A DNA stretch of 64,000 nucleotides, taken from positions 1,398 through 65,397 of the forward strand of contig JBAZEU010000001.1 in the NCBI GenBank assembly GCA_041653755.1, in the 5' to 3' direction. The notes below the pieces were generated by a model. It was not told the DNA's origin, searched no databases, and saw nothing but the letters and a program-made list of their open reading frames with translations. A program made the translations under genes and the position numbers. This document shows, in pieces, positions 45,217-55,819 of this stretch. The number at the start of each line of letters is the position of its first letter. Position 1 is the stretch's first letter. The DNA comes from Minisyncoccota bacterium (GTDB lineage: Bacteria > Patescibacteriota > Minisyncoccia > UBA6257 > UBA9933).

Positions 45217-47841
45217 TTGCCTCAATTTAATCGTTTCACAATTAAAGCGCAGGAAGCATTAGCCAAAGCTCAAGAAATTGCGAGCTCATATAATCATGGG
45301 GAGCTTTCAGCCACCCATCTTTTAGCCGCTCTTATTTCTGACGGCCAATCAATCGTTACGCCGCTTTTAGTTAAATCGGGAATTGATGTTTCGAAACTTG
45401 ATTCTGCGACTAAAGAGATTTTAGAAAAACAGCCGAAAGTTTTTGCCACGGCCAATGTTTCTCAACTATACCTTTCTCAGGAAGTGATGAAGGTTTTAGA
45501 TGATGCTTCAAAAATTGCATCTCAATTGAAAGATGAATTCATTTCTTGTGAACATTTGGTGTTGGCAATTTTGAATACGCCGTCAACAGCCCAGAAATTA
45601 TTGGAAGAATTCGGTTTAAACAGAGAGACGGCATTGAGAACATTATCTTTATTAAGAGGCTCGATGAGAGTGACCGATGAAACGCCGGAAACAAAAATTC
45701 AAATTTTAGAAAAATACGCCATTAATTTGACCGAACAAGCCAAGCAAGGGAAGTTGGATCCTGTTATTGGCCGTGAGGACGAGCTTCGCAGAATTATTCA
45801 GGTTCTTTCCCGCCGGACAAAAAACAATCCGGTATTAATTGGTGAACCGGGCGTTGGCAAGACCGCCGTTGTTGAAGGGTTGGCTCAAAGAATAGTGTCC
45901 GGACAAGTGCCTGAAATTTTGAAAGGAAAAGAAATAGTGATGCTTGATTTAGGAGCTTTAATCGCCGGCACAAAATTCAGGGGTGAATTCGAGGATCGTC
46001 TGAAAGCGTTTATTAAAGAAATTCAGAATTCAGCCGGCCGGATTATTCTTTTTATTGATGAAATTCATATGATCGTTGGCGCCGGTGCGGCCGAAGGGGC
46101 GATTGACGCTTCCAATCTTTTAAAGCCACCATTGGCCAGAGGAGAATTAAGAGCGATTGGCGCCACTACTACCAGAGAATATCAGCGTTATATCGAAAAA
46201 GACGCGGCCCTTGAAAGAAGATTCCAGCCGGTTGTCGTTGAAGAGCCGGCTATCGAAGACAGCATTAATATTTTGCGCGGTCTGAAAGAAAAATATGAAC
46301 TCCATCATGGCGTTAAAATTTCCGATGAAGCGATGGTTGCGGCGGTTAATCTTTCGGTGCGCTACATTACCGATAGGTTTTTGCCGGACAAAGCGATTGA
46401 TTTAATTGATGAAGCGATGGCTGCCAGAAAAATTGAAGCGGAAAGCACGCCTGCTGGGATTGAAAAACTTCAAAAAGAAATCAGAAGCTTGGAGATTGAA
46501 AAATCAGCTTTAACAAGCGAAAAAAAGGAAAAGAATAAAAAACGGCTGAAAGCAATTGAAAAAGATTTAACTAAAATAAAAAAAGAAGAATCAGGCCTTC
46601 TTGCTGAATGGCGCGCTGAAAAAGGCGGATTGGAAAATTTGAATCAGCTTAGACAAAAAATAGAAAATCTTAAAAAAGAAGCTCAAGTAGCCGAAAGAGA
46701 AGCTGACTTAGATAAAGTTGCGAAAATTACTTACGGAGAATTGCCGCAAATGGAGAAGGATTATAACCTTTTAGAAAAGAAATATTTTTCCCAGAAAAAA
46801 GAAAGCAGGTTTGTTAAAGAAATAATTGATGAGGAAGATATCGCCGCCGTAGTTTCTCGTTGGACTGGCATTCCGGTTTCCAGAATGCTTGAATCGGAAA
46901 AAGAAAAATTCAGGAAGATTGAAGAAACCTTAAGGCATAGGGTGGTTGGCCAGGAAGAGGGTATAAAGGCCTTAGCTGACACTCTGCGGAGGGCCAGGGC
47001 GGGTTTATCCGATAAAGACAGGCCCCTTGGCTCATTTATGTTTCTGGGGCCTACTGGGGTGGGTAAAACCGAGTTAGCCAGGGCATTGGCAGAGTTTATG
47101 TTTAATGATGAAAAGTCGATAATCCGAGTTGATATGAGTGAATATATGGAACGTCATTCAACAGCCCGACTTATTGGTTCTCCGCCCGGGTACGTAGGAT
47201 ATGAAGAAGGGGGACAGTTGACAGAAGCAGTCAGACATCGGCCTTACAGCTTAATTCTTTTTGATGAAATCGAGAAAGCTAACCCGGAAGTTTTTAATAT
47301 CCTGCTTCAGGTTTTGGATAATGGCCGGCTGACTGACGGCAAAGGCAAAGTAGTCAATTTTAGAAATTCCATTATTATTTTGACTTCCAATGTTGGCAGC
47401 GAATATTTCAGAGAAATTTCTAAGATCGGTTTCGAGGTTGATAGCGAGAAGAAATATGAAGATCAGACCAAAACTTTTGAAGATCAGGTGTCGGAAACCC
47501 TGAAGAAAACTTTCAGGCCGGAGTTTCTCAACCGTTTGGACGAAATAATTATTTTTAATCCTTTGCGAAAGCCGGAAATCGAGAAAATCGTTGATCTCCA
47601 GCTTGAACTATTAAAGGAAAAGCTGAAAGAAAAAAATATTGTCGTTTCGGTTGATAATTCAGTGAAAAATTATATTATTGAAAATGGTTTCAGTCCTGAT
47701 TACGGCGCCAGGCCGATTAAGCGCTTAATCCAAAAAACGATTCTCGATGAATTGGCTGATCGTCTCATTAAGGGTGAATTAAAAAATGCTAAAAAGGTTA
47801 AAATTAGCTTCAAAAATTCCGCCATATCCGTTAATAGCTAA
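45217..47841 (+). CDS. clpB: ATP-dependent chaperone ClpB.
   Basis: N-domain, AAA1 (GEPGVGKTA), a long middle coiled coil, and AAA2 (GPTGVGKTE). 874 aa. Confidence 0.95.
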   Translation: MPQFNRFTIKAQEALAKAQEIASSYNHGELSATHLLAALISDGQSIVTPLLVKSGIDVSKLDSATKEILEKQPKVFATANVSQLYLSQEVMKVLDDASKIASQLKDEFISCEHLVLAILNTPSTAQKLLEEFGLNRETALRTLSLLRGSMRVTDETPETKIQILEKYAINLTEQAKQGKLDPVIGREDELRRIIQVLSRRTKNNPVLIGEPGVGKTAVVEGLAQRIVSGQVPEILKGKEIVMLDLGALIAGTKFRGEFEDRLKAFIKEIQNSAGRIILFIDEIHMIVGAGAAEGAIDASNLLKPPLARGELRAIGATTTREYQRYIEKDAALERRFQPVVVEEPAIEDSINILRGLKEKYELHHGVKISDEAMVAAVNLSVRYITDRFLPDKAIDLIDEAMAARKIEAESTPAGIEKLQKEIRSLEIEKSALTSEKKEKNKKRLKAIEKDLTKIKKEESGLLAEWRAEKGGLENLNQLRQKIENLKKEAQVAEREADLDKVAKITYGELPQMEKDYNLLEKKYFSQKKESRFVKEIIDEEDIAAVVSRWTGIPVSRMLESEKEKFRKIEETLRHRVVGQEEGIKALADTLRRARAGLSDKDRPLGSFMFLGPTGVGKTELARALAEFMFNDEKSIIRVDMSEYMERHSTARLIGSPPGYVGYEEGGQLTEAVRHRPYSLILFDEIEKANPEVFNILLQVLDNGRLTDGKGKVVNFRNSIIILTSNVGSEYFREISKIGFEVDSEKKYEDQTKTFEDQVSETLKKTFRPEFLNRLDEIIIFNPLRKPEIEKIVDLQLELLKEKLKEKNIVVSVDNSVKNYIIENGFSPDYGARPIKRLIQKTILDELADRLIKGELKNAKKVKISFKNSAISVNS

Positions 47842-48508
47842 GACGCTTTTAATTTTTCTGCTTTTGATTTTGGCGAATTTCCATCAATCAAGTTTTTGGG
47901 CCATTTCCGCTTTTATTTTTTTTGCGGTACTTTTTTATTTTTGGCCTTTGCTCAATTCATCGGATTGGCTGGGATATTTTTTGATTTTTTTGACGGGTTC
48001 TTTAATAACAATACTCTCTTTAGATTTTTCAGTGATAGCCCTGATCGCCATTTTAGGATTAACTATCATCTTTTTTCTATTAATCGGTTCAAAGAATTTA
48101 AATTTAAGCGGTCCTCAATCAATTTTTTTGTTGAGAAGTTTTTTGTTCCTTTTGATTTTTTTCATGTTTTTTTCGGTAAACAAGGCAGAATTGTTTTGGC
48201 TGAAATATCTGGCTTTGATCGCGGCAATCTTCATCATATTCTTTGGATTGCTTAAAAATTACCCCAAGAAAAAACTCTATACCGTCGCCTTAACGTTTTT
48301 ATTGGTGCAAATAGTTTGGGCGATAGGATTATTGCCTATTGGCTTTATCAATCAGACGGCTCTGACTTTGGTTTTCATCCTGATTGTCGAGGAGTTGATC
48401 GTTTGCCATTTTAGCGGCGCATTTAATTATCAAAATATCGTGAAGAATGTTATGATTGTCGTTGTTTTAATGGTTTTAATTTTGGCTTTGTCAAAATGGA
48501 CAATCTAA
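47786..48508 (+). CDS. Polytopic membrane protein, hypothetical. Start uncertain because the ORF overlaps the clpB 3' end.
   Basis: About 7 hydrophobic helices. Overlaps the next gene's start by 13 nt. Confidence 0.35.
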   Translation: MLKRLKLASKIPPYPLIAKTLLIFLLLILANFHQSSFWAISAFIFFAVLFYFWPLLNSSDWLGYFLIFLTGSLITILSLDFSVIALIAILGLTIIFFLLIGSKNLNLSGPQSIFLLRSFLFLLIFFMFFSVNKAELFWLKYLALIAAIFIIFFGLLKNYPKKKLYTVALTFLLVQIVWAIGLLPIGFINQTALTLVFILIVEELIVCHFSGAFNYQNIVKNVMIVVVLMVLILALSKWTI

Positions 48509-50601
48509 AAATATCTAAAATTTTTCTAAAAATTTCTCAAGGATTTTTATACTTAACGCTTTTGACGCCAGTTTTGATATCACGTAATTTATTCTTCCCT
48601 TTCGTTTCTGGAAAGATAATTTTTTTCAAGATAATAGTTGAGCTTGCATTGTTGTTTTATCTGTTGGCGTTCCTGTCTAACCCCAAAAACGAAACGTTTG
48701 AATTTAAAAAGTTATTCAAGAACCCCATCTTTATCAGCGTTTGCGTTTTTACCTTATTGTTTTTCGCTTCAAGTTTTTGGGGGATAAACGCTAAATTTAG
48801 CTTATTCTCGAATTACGAAAGAGGAGAGGGCGGTTTTCAGATGCTTCATTATCTTATTTTCTTTTTCTTGTTGGTGTCTTTATTTAAAACGAAAAAGGAT
48901 TGGAAGAATCTTTTTATCGCCTCGATTCTTGTCTCGCTGGTAGTCTGTTCCTATGCATTAGGCCAGCTTGGAGTAGCAAAATGTCTTGATAGGGCCGGCA
49001 GCAATCAAACGGCTATTCAGGCCTGTCAGACCGGAACTTTTTTGTCGGCGAGCAGCCAAGTTTCCGGGACACTTGGTAATTCTTCTTATCTGGCAGTTTA
49101 TATTTTATTCACTTTATTCTTTATCGGTTATCTAATTCTTGGAGAGAAGAGAAAATGGTTAAAAATAATTTTAGGGATTGTGGCGATTTTTGAATTTTTG
49201 ATTTTACTTCAAACTCAAACCCGCGGAGTATTATTCGGCTTGGTTATAGCTACTATCATATGGTGCTTAGCTGCTGCTATTTTCTACCTTTTCAAAAACC
49301 GTAGTAAGAAAAGTTTGCTATTCGTTTTAGCTGTCCTCGGGCTATTAGCGGTTTTTATGCTTATTCTTTCTTTGATTGCCGTAAGCCATCCATCTTCTGT
49401 TGCTAGCCGGTTCATAAAAGTTTTTAGCCCATCTTATTTACTTAATTCATTAAAAGACCGTTTCTGGGCCTGGGGATCAGCTACGGCTTCTATTATGGAA
49501 AGGCCTTTTGGCTGGGGAGCTGAAAATTTCCCGCAGGCATTCGATAAATACTATAATCCTAAGCTTTTTGGCATTGAAAGTTGGTTTGACCGGGCGCACA
49601 ATGTTTACCTGGATTATGCCTTAGTCGGCGGGATTCCTCTCTTGATTGCTTTTTTGTCGATCTTTTACTTTTTCTACCAACGAATATTTAAGAGGTTTAA
49701 AGTCATATCGGAAGGAGTAGTCTTACAGTACGGCAATGAGAATTTAATTATTTTGTCTTCGGTATTTATTTTGATAACAACTTATTTAATTCAGGGGTTT
49801 GTTCTATTCGACGTAATTTCAACTTACATAGTTTTATTTTTATCCTTGGCGTTTTTTGTAAATTATTTTGATAAGCCGGAAGAAGAAAGAAAAAATTCAA
49901 CCGTTGTTCCTTGGTGGGGGAAGGGAGTTGTCTCTATTTTAATAATCTCGATATTCTTTGGTATTTATTGGCTAGGATTTTTGCCTTATCAGCGTTCCAG
50001 GATTTTGATTAACGCTATCCAAAAATCTCAAGCTGAATTCGTGGATGCGATTCGAACCCAAAAAAGCGATTTCAGCGAAACTTTTACTAAAATCAATTCT
50101 TATTTCGATCCGGCGCTAAATCATAAAGCGTTGGTCGGCGGCAATGAAACTATGATTGCTTTTTGTCAGTCGAATGAAAGCTTCTTAAATTATATTTTGC
50201 AGCAAAATACTTCGCCGACAAAAAATTCTTTTATTTCTTTGGTAAGCTATTTAGATCAAGAATCTGATAAAAAAGAAAAAGCAAACGAATTAATCGGAAC
50301 AAGGCCATTATTATATATAGGTTGGGTTGATTTTGCCGTTGGACGTGCTAGCGGTGAAACTTCATATTATCAAAAAGCAGCCGGATATTTCGATAAAGGA
50401 TTGAAAGAATCGCCGACCAGGATGGAATTCATTTATGTTAATCTTGAAGTTGCTTTGACTCAAAAAGATCAAAATACCGCCAAGTTAATGCTCAAAAAGG
50501 CTTTTGGTTTGAGGCCAGACCTTCAGGAAACGAACAAGTATTACAAAGGAGCTTACGAAGCAGAGTTTGGGACAAAGTTTGATGCCAATATCGTCGACTA
50601 A
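48496..50601 (+). CDS. O-antigen ligase / PglL-type oligosaccharyltransferase family (Wzy_C) membrane protein with a C-terminal TPR-like domain.
   Basis: Multi-TM N-terminus with LQTQTRGVLFG and periplasmic-loop RAHNVYLDYALVGG motifs. Helical repeats at the C-terminus. Confidence 0.55.
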   Translation: MDNLKISKIFLKISQGFLYLTLLTPVLISRNLFFPFVSGKIIFFKIIVELALLFYLLAFLSNPKNETFEFKKLFKNPIFISVCVFTLLFFASSFWGINAKFSLFSNYERGEGGFQMLHYLIFFFLLVSLFKTKKDWKNLFIASILVSLVVCSYALGQLGVAKCLDRAGSNQTAIQACQTGTFLSASSQVSGTLGNSSYLAVYILFTLFFIGYLILGEKRKWLKIILGIVAIFEFLILLQTQTRGVLFGLVIATIIWCLAAAIFYLFKNRSKKSLLFVLAVLGLLAVFMLILSLIAVSHPSSVASRFIKVFSPSYLLNSLKDRFWAWGSATASIMERPFGWGAENFPQAFDKYYNPKLFGIESWFDRAHNVYLDYALVGGIPLLIAFLSIFYFFYQRIFKRFKVISEGVVLQYGNENLIILSSVFILITTYLIQGFVLFDVISTYIVLFLSLAFFVNYFDKPEEERKNSTVVPWWGKGVVSILIISIFFGIYWLGFLPYQRSRILINAIQKSQAEFVDAIRTQKSDFSETFTKINSYFDPALNHKALVGGNETMIAFCQSNESFLNYILQQNTSPTKNSFISLVSYLDQESDKKEKANELIGTRPLLYIGWVDFAVGRASGETSYYQKAAGYFDKGLKESPTRMEFIYVNLEVALTQKDQNTAKLMLKKAFGLRPDLQETNKYYKGAYEAEFGTKFDANIVD

Positions 50602-50749
50602 AAAGTGAAACAAACCTAAAAACCCATCGTTTTATATGTATATAGGCAGAAAGACAGTCCCCGTCATCTCTTGCAAATCAGCGCAAAATCTTTTAAAATA
50701 AAAAATAATGGTTCAGAGTGAGGCTGAACTAAAAAATAATCGATTTCCA

Positions 50750-50925
50750 ATAATTTTTTGGTTATTGGTTTTACCTGCCTGCCGGTAGGCAGGAGTTGTA
50801 AGTTAGTTTATGCCTCGCTCAAAAAGCGAGTTTTTTATTTGTTTTGTCTCCGCCAACGGCGGAGGAACAAAACAAGAATCCGCCTAAGTTTTTCGAAAAT
50901 TTTGGCGGATCTTAACCCAAATGAA
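50750..50925 (+). promoter_or_regulatory. Cluster of four hairpins including a near-perfect 36-nt palindrome.
   Basis: cctgcct/aggcagg; ctcgc/gcgag followed by a T-run; ctccgcc/ggcggag; aatccgcctaagtttttcgaaaattttggcggatc. Confidence 0.35.
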
Positions 50926-51061
50926 ATCATGGTCCGAAAGGATCCTTGTTAATTATTAATGGTCGATCAAGGATAAAGAATTAGATCGATAAAATTAAAA
51001 TAAGGATTTTGTTAAATCCCGATTTATCAGGACTTAAAGAAATCCGATCACAATAATAAAA

Positions 51062-52975
51062 ATGAAATTAGGAATAAAAGTTTTTGCTGTAGTTTCAGCA
51101 TTAACAATGATCGCTCCTATTGCATTTGGTGCAACAACTGCTGAATTGCAAGCTCAAATCACAGCCCTTTTGGCTCAGATTCAAGCTTTACAAACTCAGT
51201 TATCTGCACAGGGTGGGCAAGTATCTTCAGCTACCACTTTTACCAGTAGCCTCACTATTGGTTCACAGGGAACTCAAGTTACTGCTTTGCAAAATCTTTT
51301 GATTTCCGCAAATAAAGGAACAAAAGCTCAAGCATTAGCCGCCGTTGGTGCAACAGGATACTTTGGTTCAATAACCAAAGCCGCTTTAGCCGAATATCAA
51401 GCCGCTGCGAATATTTCACCAGCAGTTGGATATTTTGGCCCAATCACAATGGCCTATGTTAATTCATTGGCCTCAACAGGCACAGGAACTGGAACCGGAA
51501 CAGGAACCGGAACAGGAACAACAGCAGCAGAAGGTTCATATACGGTAGCTTTGGCTGCCTCACCAGCGAATCAGGTTAATGCTGCATCAGGAGTTAACGT
51601 TCCAGTTTACGGAATTGAAGTCAGAGCCACTGGTTCTGATATCAAAATCGACAGATTGGATCTTCAGTTAGCAGTTACAAACACTGCAACAGCAGCTATT
51701 CAAAATCCAGCTTCGTTTATAACGAAGATTTCTATTTTGGATGGCTCAACAGTGTTGTCATCCCAGGTAATTAGCTCTGCTAATATCTATCAGGATGCCG
51801 CTCTTGCTTATTGGACTCGATTAACAGGTCTTAACTTCGTGGTTTCAAAGGATACTGCAAAAACTTTGACAGTAGCTATTGATACTGCGGGCGCAGTTGA
51901 TCAGGGTAGAACAATTGTTGTTAACGTTTATGGTGCCAATGGTATCAGAGGCGTTGACGGAATAGGATTAAATACCTATGCCGCTTTAGCAACAACCAGA
52001 ACACACACCTTTGTAACAGGAGGTGCCTCTGTTTTGACAGTTACCGCTGACCCAAATACCGTGTTAACAAACAACCATGTTGTTGATGGTACTACTGGAG
52101 CCACAGAGGTTACAGTAATGTCTTTCAACGCCAAAGCAACTGTTGACAATGCAGTGATCAGAACCATTAACTTGGTTCAGTCATATTCATCAGCAACAGC
52201 TCCATCAGCAGTTAAAATCTATGATGGTAGCACTTTGGTAGGTTCAGGAGTTGCTTCCGGTCTTGCCGCTGCAAACGCAACCGGTTCAACAGCCTTTACT
52301 AACTTGGCAATTTCCGTTCCGAAAGACACAACCAAAACACTTACAGTAAAGATCGACTATCCAGCTACATACGGCGCAACAGGCGGTGAAAACGCCACAG
52401 TCGGTGTCTGGAGAGCTGATGTTACTGCAAATGGAATTTGGTATCAGAGAGCAGATGGCGTAATAGCCGCTGCAACAATGTCTGGTGCTACAGTTTGGGG
52501 AAATACCCAATACACATTCCGCAGAGCTCCAAGCATCACCTTGGTTAGCGCTTCTGCCTCAAAGGTTGGCGGTGGCACAACAGCTTCAAGCAACCTTATA
52601 ACAACAATGGTTTTGAAGTTGAAAGCCCAAGGAGGAACTTTAGTTGCTCCAGATGGGATAGTAGCTTCAGCCGGAGCCAGCACAACCGTTGCAATTCTTA
52701 AAGCTTCAACAGGAGGCGAATTAGAAGCTGCATCTGGTACAAGTGCTTTTGCTGTTACGTTGAGCCCGAATAAGGCAACTTATGCTGACGGAGAAGAGGT
52801 CACAATGACAATTTCAGGAAATACTGCATATGAAGGTCCTACGACCAATGTCAGAACACCTGAATTCCTTCGCATGAGATTGGCTGATTTTTGGTGGAGA
52901 GTTGGAGACACTGATGCTCAAGTACAAAATTGGGGCATTACAGACTTCGTAACACCATACGTTAGCTTGCCGTAA
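51062..52975 (+). CDS. Secreted surface protein: signal peptide, Q/A-rich coiled coil, PG-binding-like domain, (TG)n linker and a T/A/S/V-rich beta domain.
   Basis: Its N-terminal 130 aa are paralogous to the 55820 ORF. The GSQGTQVTALQNLL...GYFGPIT module resembles a peptidoglycan-binding domain. Confidence 0.55.
   Translation: MKLGIKVFAVVSALTMIAPIAFGATTAELQAQITALLAQIQALQTQLSAQGGQVSSATTFTSSLTIGSQGTQVTALQNLLISANKGTKAQALAAVGATGYFGSITKAALAEYQAAANISPAVGYFGPITMAYVNSLASTGTGTGTGTGTGTGTTAAEGSYTVALAASPANQVNAASGVNVPVYGIEVRATGSDIKIDRLDLQLAVTNTATAAIQNPASFITKISILDGSTVLSSQVISSANIYQDAALAYWTRLTGLNFVVSKDTAKTLTVAIDTAGAVDQGRTIVVNVYGANGIRGVDGIGLNTYAALATTRTHTFVTGGASVLTVTADPNTVLTNNHVVDGTTGATEVTVMSFNAKATVDNAVIRTINLVQSYSSATAPSAVKIYDGSTLVGSGVASGLAAANATGSTAFTNLAISVPKDTTKTLTVKIDYPATYGATGGENATVGVWRADVTANGIWYQRADGVIAAATMSGATVWGNTQYTFRRAPSITLVSASASKVGGGTTASSNLITTMVLKLKAQGGTLVAPDGIVASAGASTTVAILKASTGGELEAASGTSAFAVTLSPNKATYADGEEVTMTISGNTAYEGPTTNVRTPEFLRMRLADFWWRVGDTDAQVQNWGITDFVTPYVSLP
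51478..51522 (+). repeat. In-frame hexanucleotide microsatellite (acagga/accgga)n encoding (TG)8.
   Basis: acaggcacaggaactggaaccggaacaggaaccggaacaggaaca. Confidence 0.6.
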
Positions 52976-53000
52976 TATCAGTTACGATTGTTATGAAAAA

Positions 53001-53028
53001 CCAAAAAAGCCCTTTCGGGCTTTTTTGG
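53001..53028. terminator. Terminator.
   Basis: ccaaaaaagccctttcgggcttttttgg. Confidence 0.6.
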
Positions 53029-53076
53029 TTTCAGAAGTTTTGACTTTAAAACTTTCAGCGTTTAAAATTATTAGGT

Positions 53077-55317
53077 ATGCCATTGATAAAAATTTCCGAA
53101 AGAATATTAAAGACGATTTTATTTTTAGTAATTTTCGCCACTCCTTTAATTTTTGCTAATTCATTGTATATGCCTTATGTTGCCGGCAAGGCGTATTTTT
53201 TCCGTTTGCTGATAGAACTCGCCTTGATCCCGTGGACAGTTCTTCTTTTCAAAAAACCAGAAAGCCGGCCGAACTTTAAAAATCTTTTGGTAATCGCTCT
53301 TCTGGCGATGGTGGTAGTTATGATAATTACCGCCTTCACCGGTGTTGATGTCCGCCGTTCTTTTTTCTCGAACAACGAACGTTCTGACGGAATAATCCAA
53401 TATATCCACTGGATTTTATATTTCTTGATGGCAATTTCCGTTTTTAAAACAAAAAAGGATTGGCAGATAGCTTTATCGCTTTTTAGCTCGACAGCGCTAA
53501 TAAATTGCATCTATGCGTTTGCGCACCGTACAAGTCAGTCGCAGCTTTTTGGGTTATTCGGTAATTCATCTTATTTAAGCGGCTTTCTAATTTTTGCGAT
53601 AGGTTTCTGCTTTTTATTTTTAACGAATTCTTTAAAGCTTTTTGCCAAAAAAATACCCGTTGCTTTTGTTCTTTTAGTTGCCGGTTTGATATTAGTTTTT
53701 TCTATTGCATTGGTTCAAGCTCAAACCCGCGGCGCTTATCTTGGTATATTTCTAGGTTTTATTCTTCTCGTGATTTTGGCTAATTTTTCTTTTTGGAAAA
53801 AATCTTTGCCTGACCGGCAGGCAGAAAAGAAAACAATCATTATTCTCGATGTGATTCTTTTTGTTGCGTTAATTTTCTTAGGACTAATTTTTATTTTTCA
53901 AAATTCCCAATTTGTGAAAAGTCATCCAATTATTAACCGGGTTGCCAACGTTGCTCATACTACTTCTGTCCAAGATCGTTTATCTGAATGGAACACGGCT
54001 ATTAAAGGATTTAAGGACAAGCCGATTTTGGGCTGGGGCCCGGAAAACTTCGATGTGGTGACTAACAAGTACTACAATTATCGCGTAGGTTTGTATGAGC
54101 CATGGTTCGACAGACCGCATAATCAGGCGTTTCAGTATTTAGCCGAAGGGGGAATAATTCTATTTGCCGCTTATCTTTTTCTTGTGGCAATGGTTCTCCG
54201 TTCAATCTTTAAGATTTACAGAAAAGAAAAAGTTCTCGGTTCTTTCTTTCTGGCTATCTATGTTGCTTATATTATTCAAAGCTTGATTTTGTTTGATGCT
54301 CTGCCGATGTTCTTGGGTCTATTTACTCTTCTTGCGCTCGTTTATTTCTTTTCTGAATCGTCACCCGCAATAAATGTTTCTTCTGGCTTGACGCGTCCTA
54401 AAAATAATTCCGTATTTTTCACCGGGATAGTAATTTTAACAATTCTAATTTTAGTTCTTATCAGATATACCGTTTTTATCCCTTTTACCGGCAACAAATT
54501 AATCATTAAAGCCTACGAAGATATTGGCTACGGAGAATACGAGAAATTAAATGTAGATTTCGATAAATTATTTTCGATTAGATCGCCGTATGTTTACGTC
54601 GATGCGAGAAGAGCAATTGGCTGGGAATTCCTAAAGAATGTTTTAGACAATCCAGAAATTACTGACGCGAACCGCGCGGCAATAACAGCTTCTTATCAGA
54701 AAATTGCTCCGGAGCTGGAAAATTGGATGAAGTATCGGCCAGTCGATCCACAGGTCTATTATGTTCTCGGCGCTTCTTACCGGCTTGGTTTCCAAAAATT
54801 AAACCAACAAGATGCATTGCCGAAAGCCGAAGTAGCACTTAAAAAATCCTTGAATTATTCAGCTAACAGAATTGAGTATATAGATGAACTTGGGCAAGTT
54901 CTTGTCTTAGAGAATAAGATAGAAGAATTCAACGAGTTAATGAAGAAATTCGTTTCTGGTGTAGATATTAACGATCCATATCGTTATTTATCTTTAGGCC
55001 ATGCTTATTTCATCCAGGGCAATTATACTTTGGCGATGGACGAATATACGAAAGCAAAAGATCTTGGTCAGAAGTTCTGGCAAAGCGATAGAGATTATTA
55101 CCGATACATACAAACAGCGGAACAGTTACAGGATTGGCCTAAGATTATTGAGATGACCCAAGAGTATTTGAAAAATCGCGGAGAAGACGTGAATAATATA
55201 TTTAATCTGGCGGTTGCGCAGCTTTATGCAGGAGACATAGAAAACGCAAGGATAAATTTCAATAAAGCGGTTCAGCTGAATCCTGATTTTGAACAGTATA
55301 GATCTTCTTTCCAGTAA
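53077..55317 (+). CDS. Second O-antigen ligase / PglL-like (Wzy_C) membrane protein with C-terminal TPR repeats.
   Basis: VQAQTRGAYLGIFLG and RPHNQAFQYLAEGG motifs, parallel to the 48496 ORF. The C-terminal 250 aa are TPR-like. Confidence 0.55.
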   Translation: MPLIKISERILKTILFLVIFATPLIFANSLYMPYVAGKAYFFRLLIELALIPWTVLLFKKPESRPNFKNLLVIALLAMVVVMIITAFTGVDVRRSFFSNNERSDGIIQYIHWILYFLMAISVFKTKKDWQIALSLFSSTALINCIYAFAHRTSQSQLFGLFGNSSYLSGFLIFAIGFCFLFLTNSLKLFAKKIPVAFVLLVAGLILVFSIALVQAQTRGAYLGIFLGFILLVILANFSFWKKSLPDRQAEKKTIIILDVILFVALIFLGLIFIFQNSQFVKSHPIINRVANVAHTTSVQDRLSEWNTAIKGFKDKPILGWGPENFDVVTNKYYNYRVGLYEPWFDRPHNQAFQYLAEGGIILFAAYLFLVAMVLRSIFKIYRKEKVLGSFFLAIYVAYIIQSLILFDALPMFLGLFTLLALVYFFSESSPAINVSSGLTRPKNNSVFFTGIVILTILILVLIRYTVFIPFTGNKLIIKAYEDIGYGEYEKLNVDFDKLFSIRSPYVYVDARRAIGWEFLKNVLDNPEITDANRAAITASYQKIAPELENWMKYRPVDPQVYYVLGASYRLGFQKLNQQDALPKAEVALKKSLNYSANRIEYIDELGQVLVLENKIEEFNELMKKFVSGVDINDPYRYLSLGHAYFIQGNYTLAMDEYTKAKDLGQKFWQSDRDYYRYIQTAEQLQDWPKIIEMTQEYLKNRGEDVNNIFNLAVAQLYAGDIENARINFNKAVQLNPDFEQYRSSFQ

Positions 55318-55324
55318 AAAGTTC

Positions 55325-55558
55325 TTATTGTTTTAAAAATCCTTCAATCTCTTCGCGGTTAAAACCAACAATGATATGGTCGTTTATGTCGATTACCGGC
55401 ACGTTTATTTTCCCGGTTTTTTGGATCATTTCTTCTCGGGCTTTCTCGTCAACCGTAACGTCAAATTCTTCATAATCCAATCCTTGTTCAGTAAAAAAAT
55501 CTTTTGCCATTTGGCAATAAGGACAAGCTGGAGTTGAATAAATTTTGATTTTTACCAT
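55325..55558 (-). CDS. Glutaredoxin.
   Basis: CPYC active site. 77 aa with a thioredoxin fold pattern. Confidence 0.8.
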   Translation of the reverse strand: MVKIKIYSTPACPYCQMAKDFFTEQGLDYEEFDVTVDEKAREEMIQKTGKINVPVIDINDHIIVGFNREEIEGFLKQ

Positions 55559-55559
55559 T

Positions 55560-55730
55560 TTATTTGTTTCCTGTTTTGGTTATTTTTCGAGAGAAGGAAA
55601 AAACAATTAAAATTATGCCTATTATTACCGCATTCCACGTGGCAATATTATATTGAAAAAATCCTAAGAGCCAGGGTGAAACAACAAGCCAGATGCCTAC
55701 TATTAAAATTGGCGTAAAAAATTTTGTCAT
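55560..55730 (-). CDS. Small 56-aa membrane protein with an SPW motif, absent from the ORF track.
   Basis: MTKFFTPILIVGIWLVVSPWLLGFF.... Its stop lies 2 nt before the glutaredoxin start. Confidence 0.3.
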   Translation of the reverse strand: MTKFFTPILIVGIWLVVSPWLLGFFQYNIATWNAVIIGIILIVFSFSRKITKTGNK

Positions 55731-55819
55731 ATGAGTATATTGTATCGAATTTTATTTGATATATCAAAATCCTTAGAGACCTCTTGCTTTCTTTTTTTGC
55801 GTATTGGATAATTAATTAA

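Noticed and set aside
50758-50952. 64-aa ORF in the 50.6-51.06 kb intergenic region, and the 12909-13112 minus-strand ORF.
   Set aside because: Both coincide with hairpin, terminator or repeat sequence and lack an RBS. They are treated as non-coding.
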